Part shown: in pieces, positions 10,752 to 20,217 of the stretch
Layout of the letters: every line of letters starts with the position of its first letter
Numbering within the stretch: position 1 is the first letter of the stretch
Origin: Candidatus Bathyarchaeota archaeon
GTDB taxonomy: Archaea > Thermoproteota > Bathyarchaeia > TCS64
NCBI GenBank assembly: GCA_041304325.1
Contig: JBFYNP010000067.1
Coordinates: 3,070 to 67,069, forward strand
Length of the DNA: 64,000 nucleotides
Reading direction: 5' to 3'
Notes under the pieces: model-generated
Seen by the model: only the letters and a program-made list of their open reading frames with translations
Told to the model about the DNA's origin: nothing
Database searches by the model: none
Program-made: the position numbers and the translations under genes

Positions 10752-11453
10752 ATGGGAGAAGTTGACATAGTTGAATTAGTGAACATCAAAAAGAAAACCT
10801 ACACGGTTGTCCTCGGTCTCGCAGGAACGAGTATAGTAGGCAACACAGCCTTGATGTACATTGCTCGAATGAAGAAATTTCGAGAGGTAGCGCATCTGAG
10901 ATCAAAGCATATACCTCCGATGATGATAATTGCAGAAGGTGAAGTATTTCACCCTTTTAGAATATATATTGATGAAACGAATGACGTTCTGCTAATCGTT
11001 ACCGAAAGTCCACTTGATGCAGAAGGTTGTTATGCTGTAGCCACAGGTCTCTTCAACTGGTTGCATGATAAAGGTATTAAGGAGATGTACTGTATCGATG
11101 TGTTACCCGTTGGAAACATCGCTCCAAACATCAAGGCAATAGGTTACACAAACAAGATCGATCTCTCAAAGTTTGGTATACCTCAGGCAATGGAAGGAGC
11201 CATTGCTGGAGTCTCAGCTTGCCTTATGGATGAATGTCTAAAAAGGGATATCGCATGGGCGACATTATTTATCCCTATAACTCGACTCGTGGCGATGGAT
11301 TATAGTGCAACTGCAAATGCTGTTGACCTCATGAATCAACTCTTCAAATTTGGTGTAGACTCAGCTCCATTGAAGCAAAGCGATGAGAATCTTAAGAAAG
11401 CGCTTGATCAGCAACAGAAAAGCGGTTTAGGTAAAGTATTTAACAGAAGATAA
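10752..11453 (+). CDS. PAC2-family proteasome assembly chaperone-like protein
   Basis: 233 aa. The N-terminal VVLGLAGTSIVGNTA pattern resembles archaeal PAC2/PbaA-B proteins. No HbYX C-terminus. Confidence 0.55.
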   Translation: MGEVDIVELVNIKKKTYTVVLGLAGTSIVGNTALMYIARMKKFREVAHLRSKHIPPMMIIAEGEVFHPFRIYIDETNDVLLIVTESPLDAEGCYAVATGLFNWLHDKGIKEMYCIDVLPVGNIAPNIKAIGYTNKIDLSKFGIPQAMEGAIAGVSACLMDECLKRDIAWATLFIPITRLVAMDYSATANAVDLMNQLFKFGVDSAPLKQSDENLKKALDQQQKSGLGKVFNRR

Positions 11454-11463
11454 AAAACTTGGA

Positions 11464-11823
11464 TTAAGAGGTTTGGGAACCAAGCTCTTTCTGGAGGGTC
11501 TCTTGGAGTCCCTGAATCTTTTCTTTAGTCTTCTCTTCTTGTTTTTCAAGAACCTTAGATCTCATCTCTAAAAACTCTTTTTTATCCGTTAGATCCTTTA
11601 CAACTGATGTTTTGTCTTTCTCAACAAGTACTGCTCCAACGGATTTGTAGATCTTTGAGTCTTCACTAGTCTCTTCTAGGGTTTTGAGTGCTCTTTCTGT
11701 TTCGGCGGATTCCATCTCGATGCGTTGCTTTTGAGATAATAGCTGTTGCATCGTATTCTGTAGTTGCTGTAATCGGGCTATACGTTCCTGCACGTTTGGT
11801 GGGAGCTGAGATATGTCCGACAT
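11464..11823 (-). CDS. pfdB: Prefoldin beta subunit
   Basis: Coiled coil-beta hairpin-coiled coil layout: RLQQLQ...IYKSVGAVLVEKDK...LEKQ. The ATG at 11823 is preferred over the TTG at 11838. Confidence 0.85.
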   Translation of the reverse strand: MSDISQLPPNVQERIARLQQLQNTMQQLLSQKQRIEMESAETERALKTLEETSEDSKIYKSVGAVLVEKDKTSVVKDLTDKKEFLEMRSKVLEKQEEKTKEKIQGLQETLQKELGSQTS

Positions 11824-11868
11824 ATTTGGTCTGTCCAATGGTTGTGAAACTGGCTTAAATTTGTTGGG

Positions 11869-13914
11869 TTATGAAGCGCGACGATAGTAGCCTGGCCTTG
11901 GTGAGTAAATTGTTCCATCTCTCATCAGAGTGCTGATCAGCTTTGCAGCGTCGCTTCTATTTACACCATGGTCTTTAGCAAGTGCCTCATATAGATCATC
12001 ATCTTTAACAGGCCCTGTTTTCTCCATATCGGCAATTGCTCCAAGCACTTTTTGGAGTTGTGTCTGCATACTTCTGGGCTTGCCAGTGTAAAGGATGTCA
12101 ATATCGAGTTGACCTGTCGTAATATCTATGCCTACTTGCTCTAGACTGCTTTGAGTGAGAGTTATTACTGCTTCAGCGTCCTCCTTAGTGACCTCAGTTC
12201 TAAGATGACATCTTGCTCTTGCTTCTGCGAGTCGAACTAAACTCTCCAGTTGTCTTGCAGTTATGGCGACAGCGGAGGCTTCCCCACCCTCGGTTGAGGC
12301 GGAACGCATTTTCACATAAAAGTCTCGGAACCTTTCGATTACTTCATCAGACATTACTGGTTTGACGCGTTTTGCATAGCTTATGTATTTACGTAAAAGT
12401 TGTGGTTCTATAGCACTGACTATTGCCTGTCCAGCAGTACGATGGAGACCTAATATGTGTTCAGCCATTTCTGCATCTCTTGATTGATCTGGAACATCTT
12501 TTAAAACGAAAATTAGATCAAATCGGCTGAGTATTGTAACTGGTAGGTTAATATTTTGTGCTATAGTTTGATATGGATTATATCGGCCTAATGTCGGGTT
12601 ACCTGCGGCTAATATGCTTGCCCTAGCATTGAGGGTGGCAACAATACCACCTTTAGCTATGGAAACGATCTGCTGTTCCATTGCAGGGTGTATTGCTCCT
12701 CTGTCTTCTTCACGCATTTTATCAATTTCGTCTATGCAACAGACTCCTTTATCCGCTAAAACGAGGGCTCCTGCTTCGAGAATAAAGTTGCCTGTGCCAC
12801 CTTCCTTTACAACAGCAGCGGTCAATCCTGCCGCTGTACTTCCTCTACCTGTAGTTAGTAAACCTCGAGGTGCGATCTTTGCCGCAAAGCCGAGGAGTTG
12901 GCTTTTACCTGTTCCCGGATCGCCTACGAGTAGAACGTTTATGTCTCCCCTGATTCTGAGGTCTGGAAGGTTTTTTCCGACACCTCCGAAGAGTAGATAC
13001 ATTACAGACTCTTTGATGGAATCTTGACCATAAATGCTGGGTGCAATACTCTGGAGGAGACGTCGATGAACCCATGGGTCAGAAGCGATCTCCAAAATTT
13101 TGCGTTCATCTTCCTCATCTAGCTCCATTAACTCCAGCTCTCTTCCTGAAACATCGATATTATTCGCTTCCATCACCATGTCGTAGATTCTGAGTGGACC
13201 TCCCCGACCGTACCTCTGAAGCAGATCTATGCTACCTATGATTGTAATACGGTCACCAGGTCGGGCTACATCAACAAGATCGTCGCGAAGATCTATGTGA
13301 AGACTTCGGGGTAGTTGTCCAGGGGGAAGGTCCTCGGGTCTCTCCTGAATTGTTACTCGTTGTGAGTCCATGAAGACGCTAAGTTTGGGAACGAGATCGA
13401 AGCTTTTCTTATTGTCGCAGTGCTCACATTTCTGTGGTGTTTTAAGTATCTCACCGCTCTGCTCAACATAGTTTAATTCACTACATGCGCTACATCTGAA
13501 GACTGCTTTAACCACTAGAGGTGTCACAACACTTGCTCGTACAATTATGCCGTTGACCATAACGAGCTTTCCAATATAATCAGACCCGATTTTGCGGAGT
13601 GGAGTGTCTGTGGGAAGATTCCTGAACCTTACATTAATATTTTTTTGCGTCTCAGCGTAAAGTGGATCTTTAAGTCTAAGCTTTGAAGAAACAGCTTTTC
13701 TGAATATGTTAAACATTTTATCTGGTTCACGAAGTGTCTCGTTGGCAAGCTCTAAATCGTAGTTATAGAGGTTGCTGAAATCTATTACAAGGGATTTTAG
13801 CCCTTTGACTCCAAGTTCGGCGATTGCTTGATCGTACTTGATTCCTTCTTGCTCATCTCGGAAGTCTTCTATGAAGCGTGAAAACACTTCCTCTGCAGTT
13901 GTTTGTGTTGCCAC
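11869..13914 (-). CDS. mcm: Replicative MCM helicase
   Basis: 681 aa. Has a Zn finger (CSAC...CEHC), Walker A GDPGTGKSQ, Walker B CCIDEIDKM and the arginine finger SRFDLIF. GTG start directly abuts the GINS stop. Confidence 0.97.
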   Translation of the reverse strand: MATQTTAEEVFSRFIEDFRDEQEGIKYDQAIAELGVKGLKSLVIDFSNLYNYDLELANETLREPDKMFNIFRKAVSSKLRLKDPLYAETQKNINVRFRNLPTDTPLRKIGSDYIGKLVMVNGIIVRASVVTPLVVKAVFRCSACSELNYVEQSGEILKTPQKCEHCDNKKSFDLVPKLSVFMDSQRVTIQERPEDLPPGQLPRSLHIDLRDDLVDVARPGDRITIIGSIDLLQRYGRGGPLRIYDMVMEANNIDVSGRELELMELDEEDERKILEIASDPWVHRRLLQSIAPSIYGQDSIKESVMYLLFGGVGKNLPDLRIRGDINVLLVGDPGTGKSQLLGFAAKIAPRGLLTTGRGSTAAGLTAAVVKEGGTGNFILEAGALVLADKGVCCIDEIDKMREEDRGAIHPAMEQQIVSIAKGGIVATLNARASILAAGNPTLGRYNPYQTIAQNINLPVTILSRFDLIFVLKDVPDQSRDAEMAEHILGLHRTAGQAIVSAIEPQLLRKYISYAKRVKPVMSDEVIERFRDFYVKMRSASTEGGEASAVAITARQLESLVRLAEARARCHLRTEVTKEDAEAVITLTQSSLEQVGIDITTGQLDIDILYTGKPRSMQTQLQKVLGAIADMEKTGPVKDDDLYEALAKDHGVNRSDAAKLISTLMRDGTIYSPRPGYYRRAS

Positions 13915-14469
13915 CTATTTTGCCCCCATCTTCCTCATATTTATGCGCCAGGAGGAGATTATGTTTTGAAGTTCTTCGTATAAGCGTAACTCCTCAGGTT
14001 GGAATACCCCGGGTTGAGGTGGAGACTCAGCAGAAGCTAGTCTAGTAATTTTCCCTAAACGGCTTTCCAATACATCTCTGAACCTCGCTCGTAATCTGTT
14101 AAGTTGTTCAGTTTTAGTGGAGTCTTTTTCTGATTCCTTCGCAGTTTGGAGGAGACTAATATAAGCACGTGCGTAGAAATCCTATGGAAGTGGAACCGGG
14201 GGACCACCGGGATTGAACCTCTCTTTGAAGTGTATTTGAGTCCATTCGTCAGCTGTAACTCCATCGTCTTCAATGTGTGCGTATCCAGTCTCCACTAATA
14301 GTTTCGCGATCCAAAAAGGTGCTGAGAACTCGCGTCTTTCTTCAATACTTTCGATAGTATATCCGGGGGTTTCGGTTCGTGAGATCTTCCTTGTTGAAAC
14401 AAGTTTGATAGGAGTGTTCTCGTACTCTAAGCTAGTGGAATCAGAGGGCACTACGGATGGCACCTGCAT
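13915..14469 (-). CDS. GINS subunit interrupted by one in-frame TAG (14182-14184); either read through or recoded, or a pseudogene
   Basis: A single reading frame of 95 codons, then TAG, then 88 codons. The sequence ...PPVPLP[TAG]DFYARAY... spans the typical GINS LPxDFY junction. The C-terminal part (RLGKITRLA...EELRLYEEL...SW) is GINS A-domain-like. Total length is 184 codons, and the gene sits in an operon position upstream of mcm. Confidence 0.6.
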
Positions 14470-14609
14470 TAATTCCTGTCAAGGATTCTTTAATGCTACG
14501 CTCTCCATGAGATGAGAGTATCTTAAAAGTGGCATCCCTTAAATCAGAGTCTTACCACAAACCCTGTATGCTAGGTTACGTCGATGACCCCGGCATAGAT
14601 GGTCTCGTT

Positions 14610-15233
14610 CATATGGTTAGGGAAGCTCAGTCTATGCCAAATGTAAGAAAAGCCGTGAATGCACGGATGCTTGAATTCATTGAGGTGAGTCGATCCGGAT
14701 CAGATAGGTGGTTTGAAGAACTTACTTATTGTCTTCTAACGGCTTACTCAAGCGCTAGGATGGGGTACAAGTGTGTTGCTGCGCTTAGAGAGAATAATGC
14801 TCTACTTGAAAACGGAGTTGATGAGATCTACAGCTGTCTCCAAGAGCAAGGTCATAGGTTCGCCGAAAAAAGAGCCGAGTACATCTTTTCTGCACGAGAA
14901 CACGTATCCCATATAAAAGAGCTGCTTCAATCTCAGAAGAACAGCAGGCAAGCTCGTGAGTGGCTGGTTACGAATATTATGGGATTAGGTATGAAGGAGG
15001 CAAGCCACTATCTTCGAAATGTAGGTTACTTTGATCTCGCTATTATAGATAGACACATACTATCAAACATGATTGAGCTGAAGATAATACCTGAAGCGCC
15101 AAAAAGCCTTACAAAGAAACGGTATCTGGAATATGAGGTGATCCTTGATTCAGCGGCGAGGAAGCTTGGGATGCCTCTCGGTGAGATGGATCTTTATCTC
15201 TGGCAAAGGAAGACTGGTGAAGTTCTCAAGTAG
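14610..15233 (+). CDS. ogg: N-glycosylase/DNA lyase, archaeal Ogg2-type 8-oxoguanine glycosylase (HhH-GPD)
   Basis: HhH motif GLGMKEASHYLRNVGY followed by the catalytic DRHI. The ATG at 14610 gives 207 aa; the ORF is open from a GTG at 14529. Confidence 0.75.
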   Translation, partial: HMVREAQSMPNVRKAVNARMLEFIEVSRSGSDRWFEELTYCLLTAYSSARMGYKCVAALRENNALLENGVDEIYSCLQEQGHRFAEKRAEYIFSAREHVSHIKELLQSQKNSRQAREWLVTNIMGLGMKEASHYLRNVGYFDLAIIDRHILSNMIELKIIPEAPKSLTKKRYLEYEVILDSAARKLGMPLGEMDLYLWQRKTGEVLK

Positions 15234-15266
15234 CTGTTATAACGTTCTTCCACTACTCTTCTCTCA

Positions 15267-16376
15267 ATGCGAGTCATGATTGATGGGGTCACCCGTAGTA
15301 TTAGATCAGTTTGGAGGGAAGGATCATTAGTAAAGATGATAGATCAAAGAGTCCTCCCTCATCGCGTAATAGTTCTCGAACTTAAGACGCATTCAGAGAC
15401 TGCTGACGCTATAAGAGATATGGCTGTTAGAGGGGCGGGTGGGATCGGGGTATCGGCTGCATATGGTGTTGCCCAGGCAGCTATTGAAGCTAAGGGTAGA
15501 CCGTTAAAGGAATTTACGACTTACCTTGATAATGCCGCTGAAACGATTAGGATGACTAGACCGACAGCGGTGAATCTCTTTCACTCTATTGAGAGATGCC
15601 TGAAGTCGGGTTCAAAGGGGTCTGTTTCTCGTAGGGTTGAATCCATCTGTAACGAAGCGGATGCTATCGCTCTCGATGATATCTCTGCCTCAGAGAAAAT
15701 CGGTTTCAATGGTGCTGCGTTAATCAAAAATGGATCTCGGATACTCACTCACTGCAACGCAGGTGCTCTCGCCTATTTGGATCTCGGCACTGCTTTGAGC
15801 CCATTAAGAGTCGCTTATAAAGAGGGAAAGTCTTTTTTCGTTTATGTTGATGAGACTAGACCAAGGAGCCAAGGTGCAAAGCTTACAGCGTGGGAGCTTC
15901 AACAGGAAAACATTCCTTACGCGTTAATTGCGGATAATGCAGCAGGTTACTACATGATGCGGGGGGAAGTTGATCTAGTAATCGTTGGTGCTGATAGAAT
16001 AGCCGCTAATGGCGATACGGCGAATAAAATTGGTACATATGAAAAGGCAGTGATTGCCCGAGAAAATGGAGTACCGTTTTACGTCGCTGCTCCAGGGATC
16101 ACTTTCGATTTAAGTTGTCGCGATGGTTTCGGGATAGAAATAGAGGTAAGAAGCCCCGACGAGATGAATTATGTTTGGGGAAAAGATGATGAAGGCATGG
16201 TACGACGAGTAAGGATAACTGCTGAGGAAACAAATGTTTTAAATCCGAGTTTTGATGTGACACCGGCTAAATACGTTACTGGGTTTATTACGGAGAAAGG
16301 GCTAATTTGTCCGCCGTTCAAGAAGAATATTCGAGAGGCGTTTGGTAGGGCAACTCTTCCTGACCGTATCGCTTAA
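15267..16376 (+). CDS. mtnA: Methylthioribose-1-phosphate isomerase / aIF-2BI family (eIF-2B alpha/beta/delta-like)
   Basis: 369 aa. MIDQRVLPH, AIRDMAVRGAGGIG, THCNAG and GADRIAANGDTANKIGT are characteristic of MtnA-type isomerases. Confidence 0.85.
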   Translation: MRVMIDGVTRSIRSVWREGSLVKMIDQRVLPHRVIVLELKTHSETADAIRDMAVRGAGGIGVSAAYGVAQAAIEAKGRPLKEFTTYLDNAAETIRMTRPTAVNLFHSIERCLKSGSKGSVSRRVESICNEADAIALDDISASEKIGFNGAALIKNGSRILTHCNAGALAYLDLGTALSPLRVAYKEGKSFFVYVDETRPRSQGAKLTAWELQQENIPYALIADNAAGYYMMRGEVDLVIVGADRIAANGDTANKIGTYEKAVIARENGVPFYVAAPGITFDLSCRDGFGIEIEVRSPDEMNYVWGKDDEGMVRRVRITAEETNVLNPSFDVTPAKYVTGFITEKGLICPPFKKNIREAFGRATLPDRIA

Positions 16377-16405
16377 ATTTCGGTGGGGGTTACTTCTCAA
16401 AGGTT

Positions 16406-16522
16406 CCCGCCCTAGCTCAAAGGTAGAGCATTCGGCTGTAGTCTCCGCCCTGTGGGGCGAAGGCAATCAGGCTTTGAGCAGACACCGAGTGGTTCCAGGT
16501 TCGATTCCCGGGGGCGGGACCA
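16406..16522 (+). tRNA. tRNA-Tyr(GTA) with a 42-nt intron after position 37 (16442-16483) and encoded CCA
   Basis: Folded by hand. The acceptor is CCCGCCC/GGGCGGG with C1-G72 and A73 (archaeal Tyr identity). D arm is GCTC-AAAGGTA-GAGC. The anticodon stem TTCGG/CCGAG forms only after intron removal. The T loop is TTCGATT, with one A-C mismatch in the T stem. Confidence 0.85.
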
Positions 16523-16527
16523 ACCTT

Positions 16528-17424
16528 TTAATCTATAAGTTTACTATTAGCTAGATTCTCGATTGAAACGATAACTGCCTGAGTTCCTTTATCTCGAAGA
16601 CCTTCAGCATCTAGATTTCTAAACATCTGTTGTACTAAAGCTGTGCCAACAAGAGGCATCTTTGTATCAGCCGCAGTCTCCATAATTATTCTAAGGTCTT
16701 TGATGTAATCCTTCACTTTAAATCCAGGTTCTAAGTCCCCTTTGAGAAGTTTACCCCCGTTGTTTGTTAGTTGCCAGCTACCGGCTGCCCCCCCTGCGAC
16801 TGCAGCGTGGCATTTATCGAGATCTACACCCGCTTTTTTTGCGAACATTAAAGCCTCAGCGACAGCAAGCATGTTTATTCCAACAAGGATTTGGTTAACC
16901 GCCTTTACAACTTGACCATCTCCATTGCCTCCGATATGAGTAATGGTTTTTCCCATCGCCTGGAAAACCGGTAACGTCTCTTCAAACGCGTCTTTTGGAC
17001 CTCCAACCATAATGCTTAGAGTACCGTTACGTGCCCCGATATCTCCACCACTGACGGGAGCATCTAACATAATGATCCCCTTTGTTTTAAGTTTCTCAGC
17101 GATCTCTCGTGTCTTTATTGGGCTAATGGTGCTCATGTCTACAACTATCGTTCCCGGCTTAGCGCCATGTATCACACCACTAGGACCTAGAAGCACTGAC
17201 TCAACATCCTGAGAATCAGTTACAATGCTAATTATTATATCAGATTTCTCAGCGACTTCCCGTGGAGAGTTCGCTGATTTCGCTCCTGCTGTAATTATCG
17301 TCTTCATTTTCTCGGGAGAACGATTCCATACTGTTAATGGAAAACCTGCTTTAATTAGGTTCATAGTCATACCACTGCCCATGAGTCCAAGCCCAATGAA
17401 ACCTATACGTTTCAAAAAGTGCAC
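16528..17424 (-). CDS. NAD(P)-dependent 3-hydroxyisobutyrate / tartronate semialdehyde reductase family oxidoreductase
   Basis: Has the IGFIGLGLMGSGM Rossmann motif and the 6-phosphogluconate dehydrogenase-like NAD-binding layout. 298 aa. Confidence 0.85.
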   Translation of the reverse strand: MHFLKRIGFIGLGLMGSGMTMNLIKAGFPLTVWNRSPEKMKTIITAGAKSANSPREVAEKSDIIISIVTDSQDVESVLLGPSGVIHGAKPGTIVVDMSTISPIKTREIAEKLKTKGIIMLDAPVSGGDIGARNGTLSIMVGGPKDAFEETLPVFQAMGKTITHIGGNGDGQVVKAVNQILVGINMLAVAEALMFAKKAGVDLDKCHAAVAGGAAGSWQLTNNGGKLLKGDLEPGFKVKDYIKDLRIIMETAADTKMPLVGTALVQQMFRNLDAEGLRDKGTQAVIVSIENLANSKLID

Positions 17425-17463
17425 CGAAGACTAGGCAGCTTTACCGTTCTAAACTCTTTCGCT

Positions 17464-17862
17464 CTACCCGTTAACTACATTGCGTACATATATGAGATAA
17501 TAGCTTAAGCCTAATCCAATAATTATGAAAGCGATACCTACACTTAACTGTAGATTTGCATTGCTTCGGTTATAGGCAATCTGCATGCTTCGAGATGCAA
17601 GATAGAGTCCACCAAAAGTCATTGCTAGAACAATCATGCTGAAGACACTCTCAGTGAGGGTCTGCTCCCCGTAAAAAGCTACTGCACTGTTTGCTCCAGT
17701 GTTAGGGTTTTGATCAATCGCTTGTGGCTGATTAACAAGGTTGTAAACTCCTCCACCCGCTACGAATATTGTGAAAATTATTACCACTCCGATAATTACG
17801 TTCGGCGGTAAGTTTAAGCGAGGTAGCTTTCCTTCGATAGGCTTTTTACTTCGGTCTGACAT
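17464..17862 (-). CDS. Hypothetical membrane protein (3 predicted TM helices)
   Basis: 132-aa ORF with three hydrophobic segments. No family recognised. Confidence 0.5.
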   Translation of the reverse strand: MSDRSKKPIEGKLPRLNLPPNVIIGVVIIFTIFVAGGGVYNLVNQPQAIDQNPNTGANSAVAFYGEQTLTESVFSMIVLAMTFGGLYLASRSMQIAYNRSNANLQLSVGIAFIIIGLGLSYYLIYVRNVVNG

Positions 17863-17918
17863 GAGCGTCTTTCCTCAGCCACCATGATTTATCGCATCGA
17901 ATATAATACTTTTCAAAT

Positions 17919-18155
17919 TTGAAGAAATTCTTTGATGATGAAGTTTATAAGCTTTCTATCAGCCTAATCTGGCAACGGGGTTTAAGATTGCCTCAAAAAA
18001 TCGTTTGCTCTGCTTGTAAGGAGTTGCTCTATGAAGGTGAACTTCTGAAGTCTCCACAGGACATTATTAAGAAGTTTGAGGGTAAGTGCCCAAAATGCAA
18101 AAAGGATCTAAAATTTAAAATGGAATCAGTTGAAATATCTACTGCTAAAGCTTAA
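17919..18155 (+). CDS. Small zinc-ribbon protein (hypothetical)
   Basis: Has CSAC...CPKC. The start is uncertain: TTG at 17919 or an internal TTG about 70 nt downstream. Confidence 0.35.
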   Translation: MKKFFDDEVYKLSISLIWQRGLRLPQKIVCSACKELLYEGELLKSPQDIIKKFEGKCPKCKKDLKFKMESVEISTAKA

Positions 18156-18219
18156 CTGGCTCCTGAGATTTCGGTAAGGGTTTTAACTTCGTCGCCTGCT
18201 TTCTATTCAGGTAACCGAT

Positions 18220-19341
18220 TTGGATCTTAAGAAGACTCACATCTACGCTTACCATTCTGAACATGGTAACATGGTTGACTTCGGCGGGTACGCGATGCCG
18301 GTTTGGTACGAGGGGATCATCCCAGAGCACCACGCCGTACGTGAGGTATGTGGAATATTTGATACAAGCCACATGGGACGCGTATACGCTGAAGGCCCTG
18401 ATGTGGTTAAGTTCCTTGACTATATCACAACCAACGATGTCTCAGGTCTACCGGATGGCAAGGGTGTCTATGGTGTCATGTGTAAGCCTGACGGCGGTAT
18501 CGTTGATGATTTAATCGTTTATCGCCGCGACGCAGAGCACTTTCTCGTAGTATACAATGCGGGGAATCGAGCAAAGGATTTTGCGTGGCTAAGTAAGAAC
18601 ACAAAAGGCTTCAAAGTGAAACTTACTGACATGAGCGAAGAGATCGCGATGATCGCAATTCAAGGCCCGAAAGCAATGGAGATCATGAAGTCAATCAGTG
18701 GAAGTGACCCTAATTCTATAGGGAGGTTTTTCGTCGCTCCTCTACAAGTCAGCGGATATGATTGTCTCGCCGCCCGTACAGGTTACACAGGAGAGGACGG
18801 ACTAGAGATTTTTGTACTCAATTGCCCTCTAAGCAGCCCTGAAAAAGCGTTAAAGATCTGGAATGACATGATCGCAGCCGGTGCGATGCCATGTGGTTTA
18901 GGAAGTCGGGATAGCCTCCGCCTTGAGGCAGGCTTATGGCTCTATGGTAATGAGCTAAATGAGCAGACAAACCCCATCGAAGCAGGTTTAAAATGGACCG
19001 TAAAAATGGCGAAGCCTTATTTTAATGGCAAAAGAGCAATAGAAAAAGTGATCGAGGAGAAGCCTAAGAGGGTTCTTGTTGGCCTTATGATGATGGATCG
19101 GGGTATCCCTCGACATGGCTATGAAGTTTATGACGGTGACAAGCCTATTGGCGTGATCACAAGTGGAGGAATGGCGCCTATCCTTAACACTGGGATCGCT
19201 ATGGCGTATGTTCCTCCAGAGTACAAGGAGATCGGAAAGGAGATCTTCATTAAGATCCGAGAAAACTTAGCAAAGGCAAAAATAGTTAAGCACCGCCCTT
19301 TCTATGACGATAGCCAGTACGGATGGAAGAGGAATAAGTAA
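18220..19341 (+). CDS. gcvT: Glycine cleavage system T protein (aminomethyltransferase)
   Basis: 373 aa. MVDFGGYAMPVWY, FDTSHMG and ARTGYTGEDGLEIF are classic GcvT motifs. TTG start. Confidence 0.93.
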   Translation: MDLKKTHIYAYHSEHGNMVDFGGYAMPVWYEGIIPEHHAVREVCGIFDTSHMGRVYAEGPDVVKFLDYITTNDVSGLPDGKGVYGVMCKPDGGIVDDLIVYRRDAEHFLVVYNAGNRAKDFAWLSKNTKGFKVKLTDMSEEIAMIAIQGPKAMEIMKSISGSDPNSIGRFFVAPLQVSGYDCLAARTGYTGEDGLEIFVLNCPLSSPEKALKIWNDMIAAGAMPCGLGSRDSLRLEAGLWLYGNELNEQTNPIEAGLKWTVKMAKPYFNGKRAIEKVIEEKPKRVLVGLMMMDRGIPRHGYEVYDGDKPIGVITSGGMAPILNTGIAMAYVPPEYKEIGKEIFIKIRENLAKAKIVKHRPFYDDSQYGWKRNK

Positions 19342-19342
19342 A

Positions 19343-19750
19343 ATGGCAGGCGAAACAAAAGTCGAAGCAGGAATATTCTACACAAAGGAGCATGAGTATG
19401 CGAAACCGACGGCTGACGGTCTAGTAATTGTCGGTGTCGACGATTATGCCCAAGCCCAGCTCCATGAGATCGTTTACGTTGAACTCCCCAAAATGGGTGT
19501 AGACGTGGTTCAGGGTAAAGCCATTGGTGCTGTTGAGTCTGTGAAAGCCGTATCCGACATGTTTTCACCGATTAGCGGCAAGATCGTTGAGATTAACCAA
19601 GCACTCCTAGACTCCCCAGATAAGATTAACAGCGATCCTTACGGTGAAGGATGGATCGCGAAGATTCAGCCGGTTAGCTTAGAGATGGATCTAACTCGAC
19701 TGATGGATTCCGATAAGTATATGCAATACTTGTCTACCCTCAAGCATTAA
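19343..19750 (+). CDS. gcvH: Glycine cleavage system H protein
   Basis: Has YTKEHEY and the lipoyl-lysine motif VESVKAVSD. The ATG at 19343 is 2 nt after the gcvT stop. Confidence 0.93.
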   Translation: MAGETKVEAGIFYTKEHEYAKPTADGLVIVGVDDYAQAQLHEIVYVELPKMGVDVVQGKAIGAVESVKAVSDMFSPISGKIVEINQALLDSPDKINSDPYGEGWIAKIQPVSLEMDLTRLMDSDKYMQYLSTLKH

Positions 19751-19763
19751 CCATAGATATTAT

Positions 19764-19848
19764 GCGGGGGTTCCCGAGTGGCCAAAGGGGTCAGGTTCAG
19801 GACCTGATGGTTAGTCCTCCGTGGGTTCGAACCCCACCCTCCGCACCA
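19764..19848 (+). tRNA. tRNA-Leu(CAG), long variable arm, encoded CCA
   Basis: Hand fold: acceptor GCGGGGG/CCTCCGC, anticodon arm TCAGG-TTCAGGA-CCTGA, T arm GTGGG-TTCGAAC-CCCAC, A73. Confidence 0.9.
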
Positions 19849-20195
19849 TTTTCCCTGTAGCGCTGGGTTGTTTTTACCCGTATTTTCCCGGGATAAGCCC
19901 TATTTTGGCCCCTATCTTTCCGGGGTGGTAATTCATTTCGTTTGAGGGTTTTAATACACGTTATGGTCTCGGTGGTGTTGATTCGTTTGACGCAATTTTG
20001 TATGGTTTCTTTGGTTGTTTGTGTGCTTTAGTTTGTTAGGGTTTGGTGTATGAGTTTTTCAATGGGTGTTTATTTGGGTAAGTTTTTTTGTTGGCTTTAG
20101 TTTTTGGGGTTTGTATGTTCTCTTATGTATAGCTCGATTTCATGGTCTATGCGGCCTGATTTTATCATTTCTGTTAGGGTTGGCTCTATTCGCGC

Positions 20196-20217
20196 GCGCT
20201 GGCATGTCCCTAAATTA
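20196..20217. repeat. Left terminal inverted repeat of the IS
   Basis: 21/22 match to the reverse complement of 21459-21480. Confidence 0.8.

Noticed and set aside
12614-13027. 137-aa plus-strand ORF inside mcm, and similar antisense ORFs inside other genes. Examples are 3126-3395, 3492-3884, 4054-4305, 17225-17434, 26167-26493, 39302-39850, 42282-42584 and 49830-50111.
   Set aside because: These are shadow ORFs opposite strongly supported genes. They have low-complexity or Ser/Pro/Arg-rich translations with no recognisable motifs.
14182-14184. Genome-wide reassignment of TAG (for example, general pyrrolysine or sense decoding) as the explanation for the in-frame amber codon in GINS
   Set aside because: TAG terminates about 15 well-delimited genes in this window, including L7Ae, S28e, uS2, GGPP synthase, Rpp30, iorB and cobB. 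Their protein ends are at the expected lengths, so TAG is a normal stop here. Only site-specific read-through, a pseudogene or an error remain plausible.
16342-16554. 70-aa ORF in the track
   Set aside because: It is fully explained by tRNA-Tyr and its intron on the same strand, and it has no coding features.
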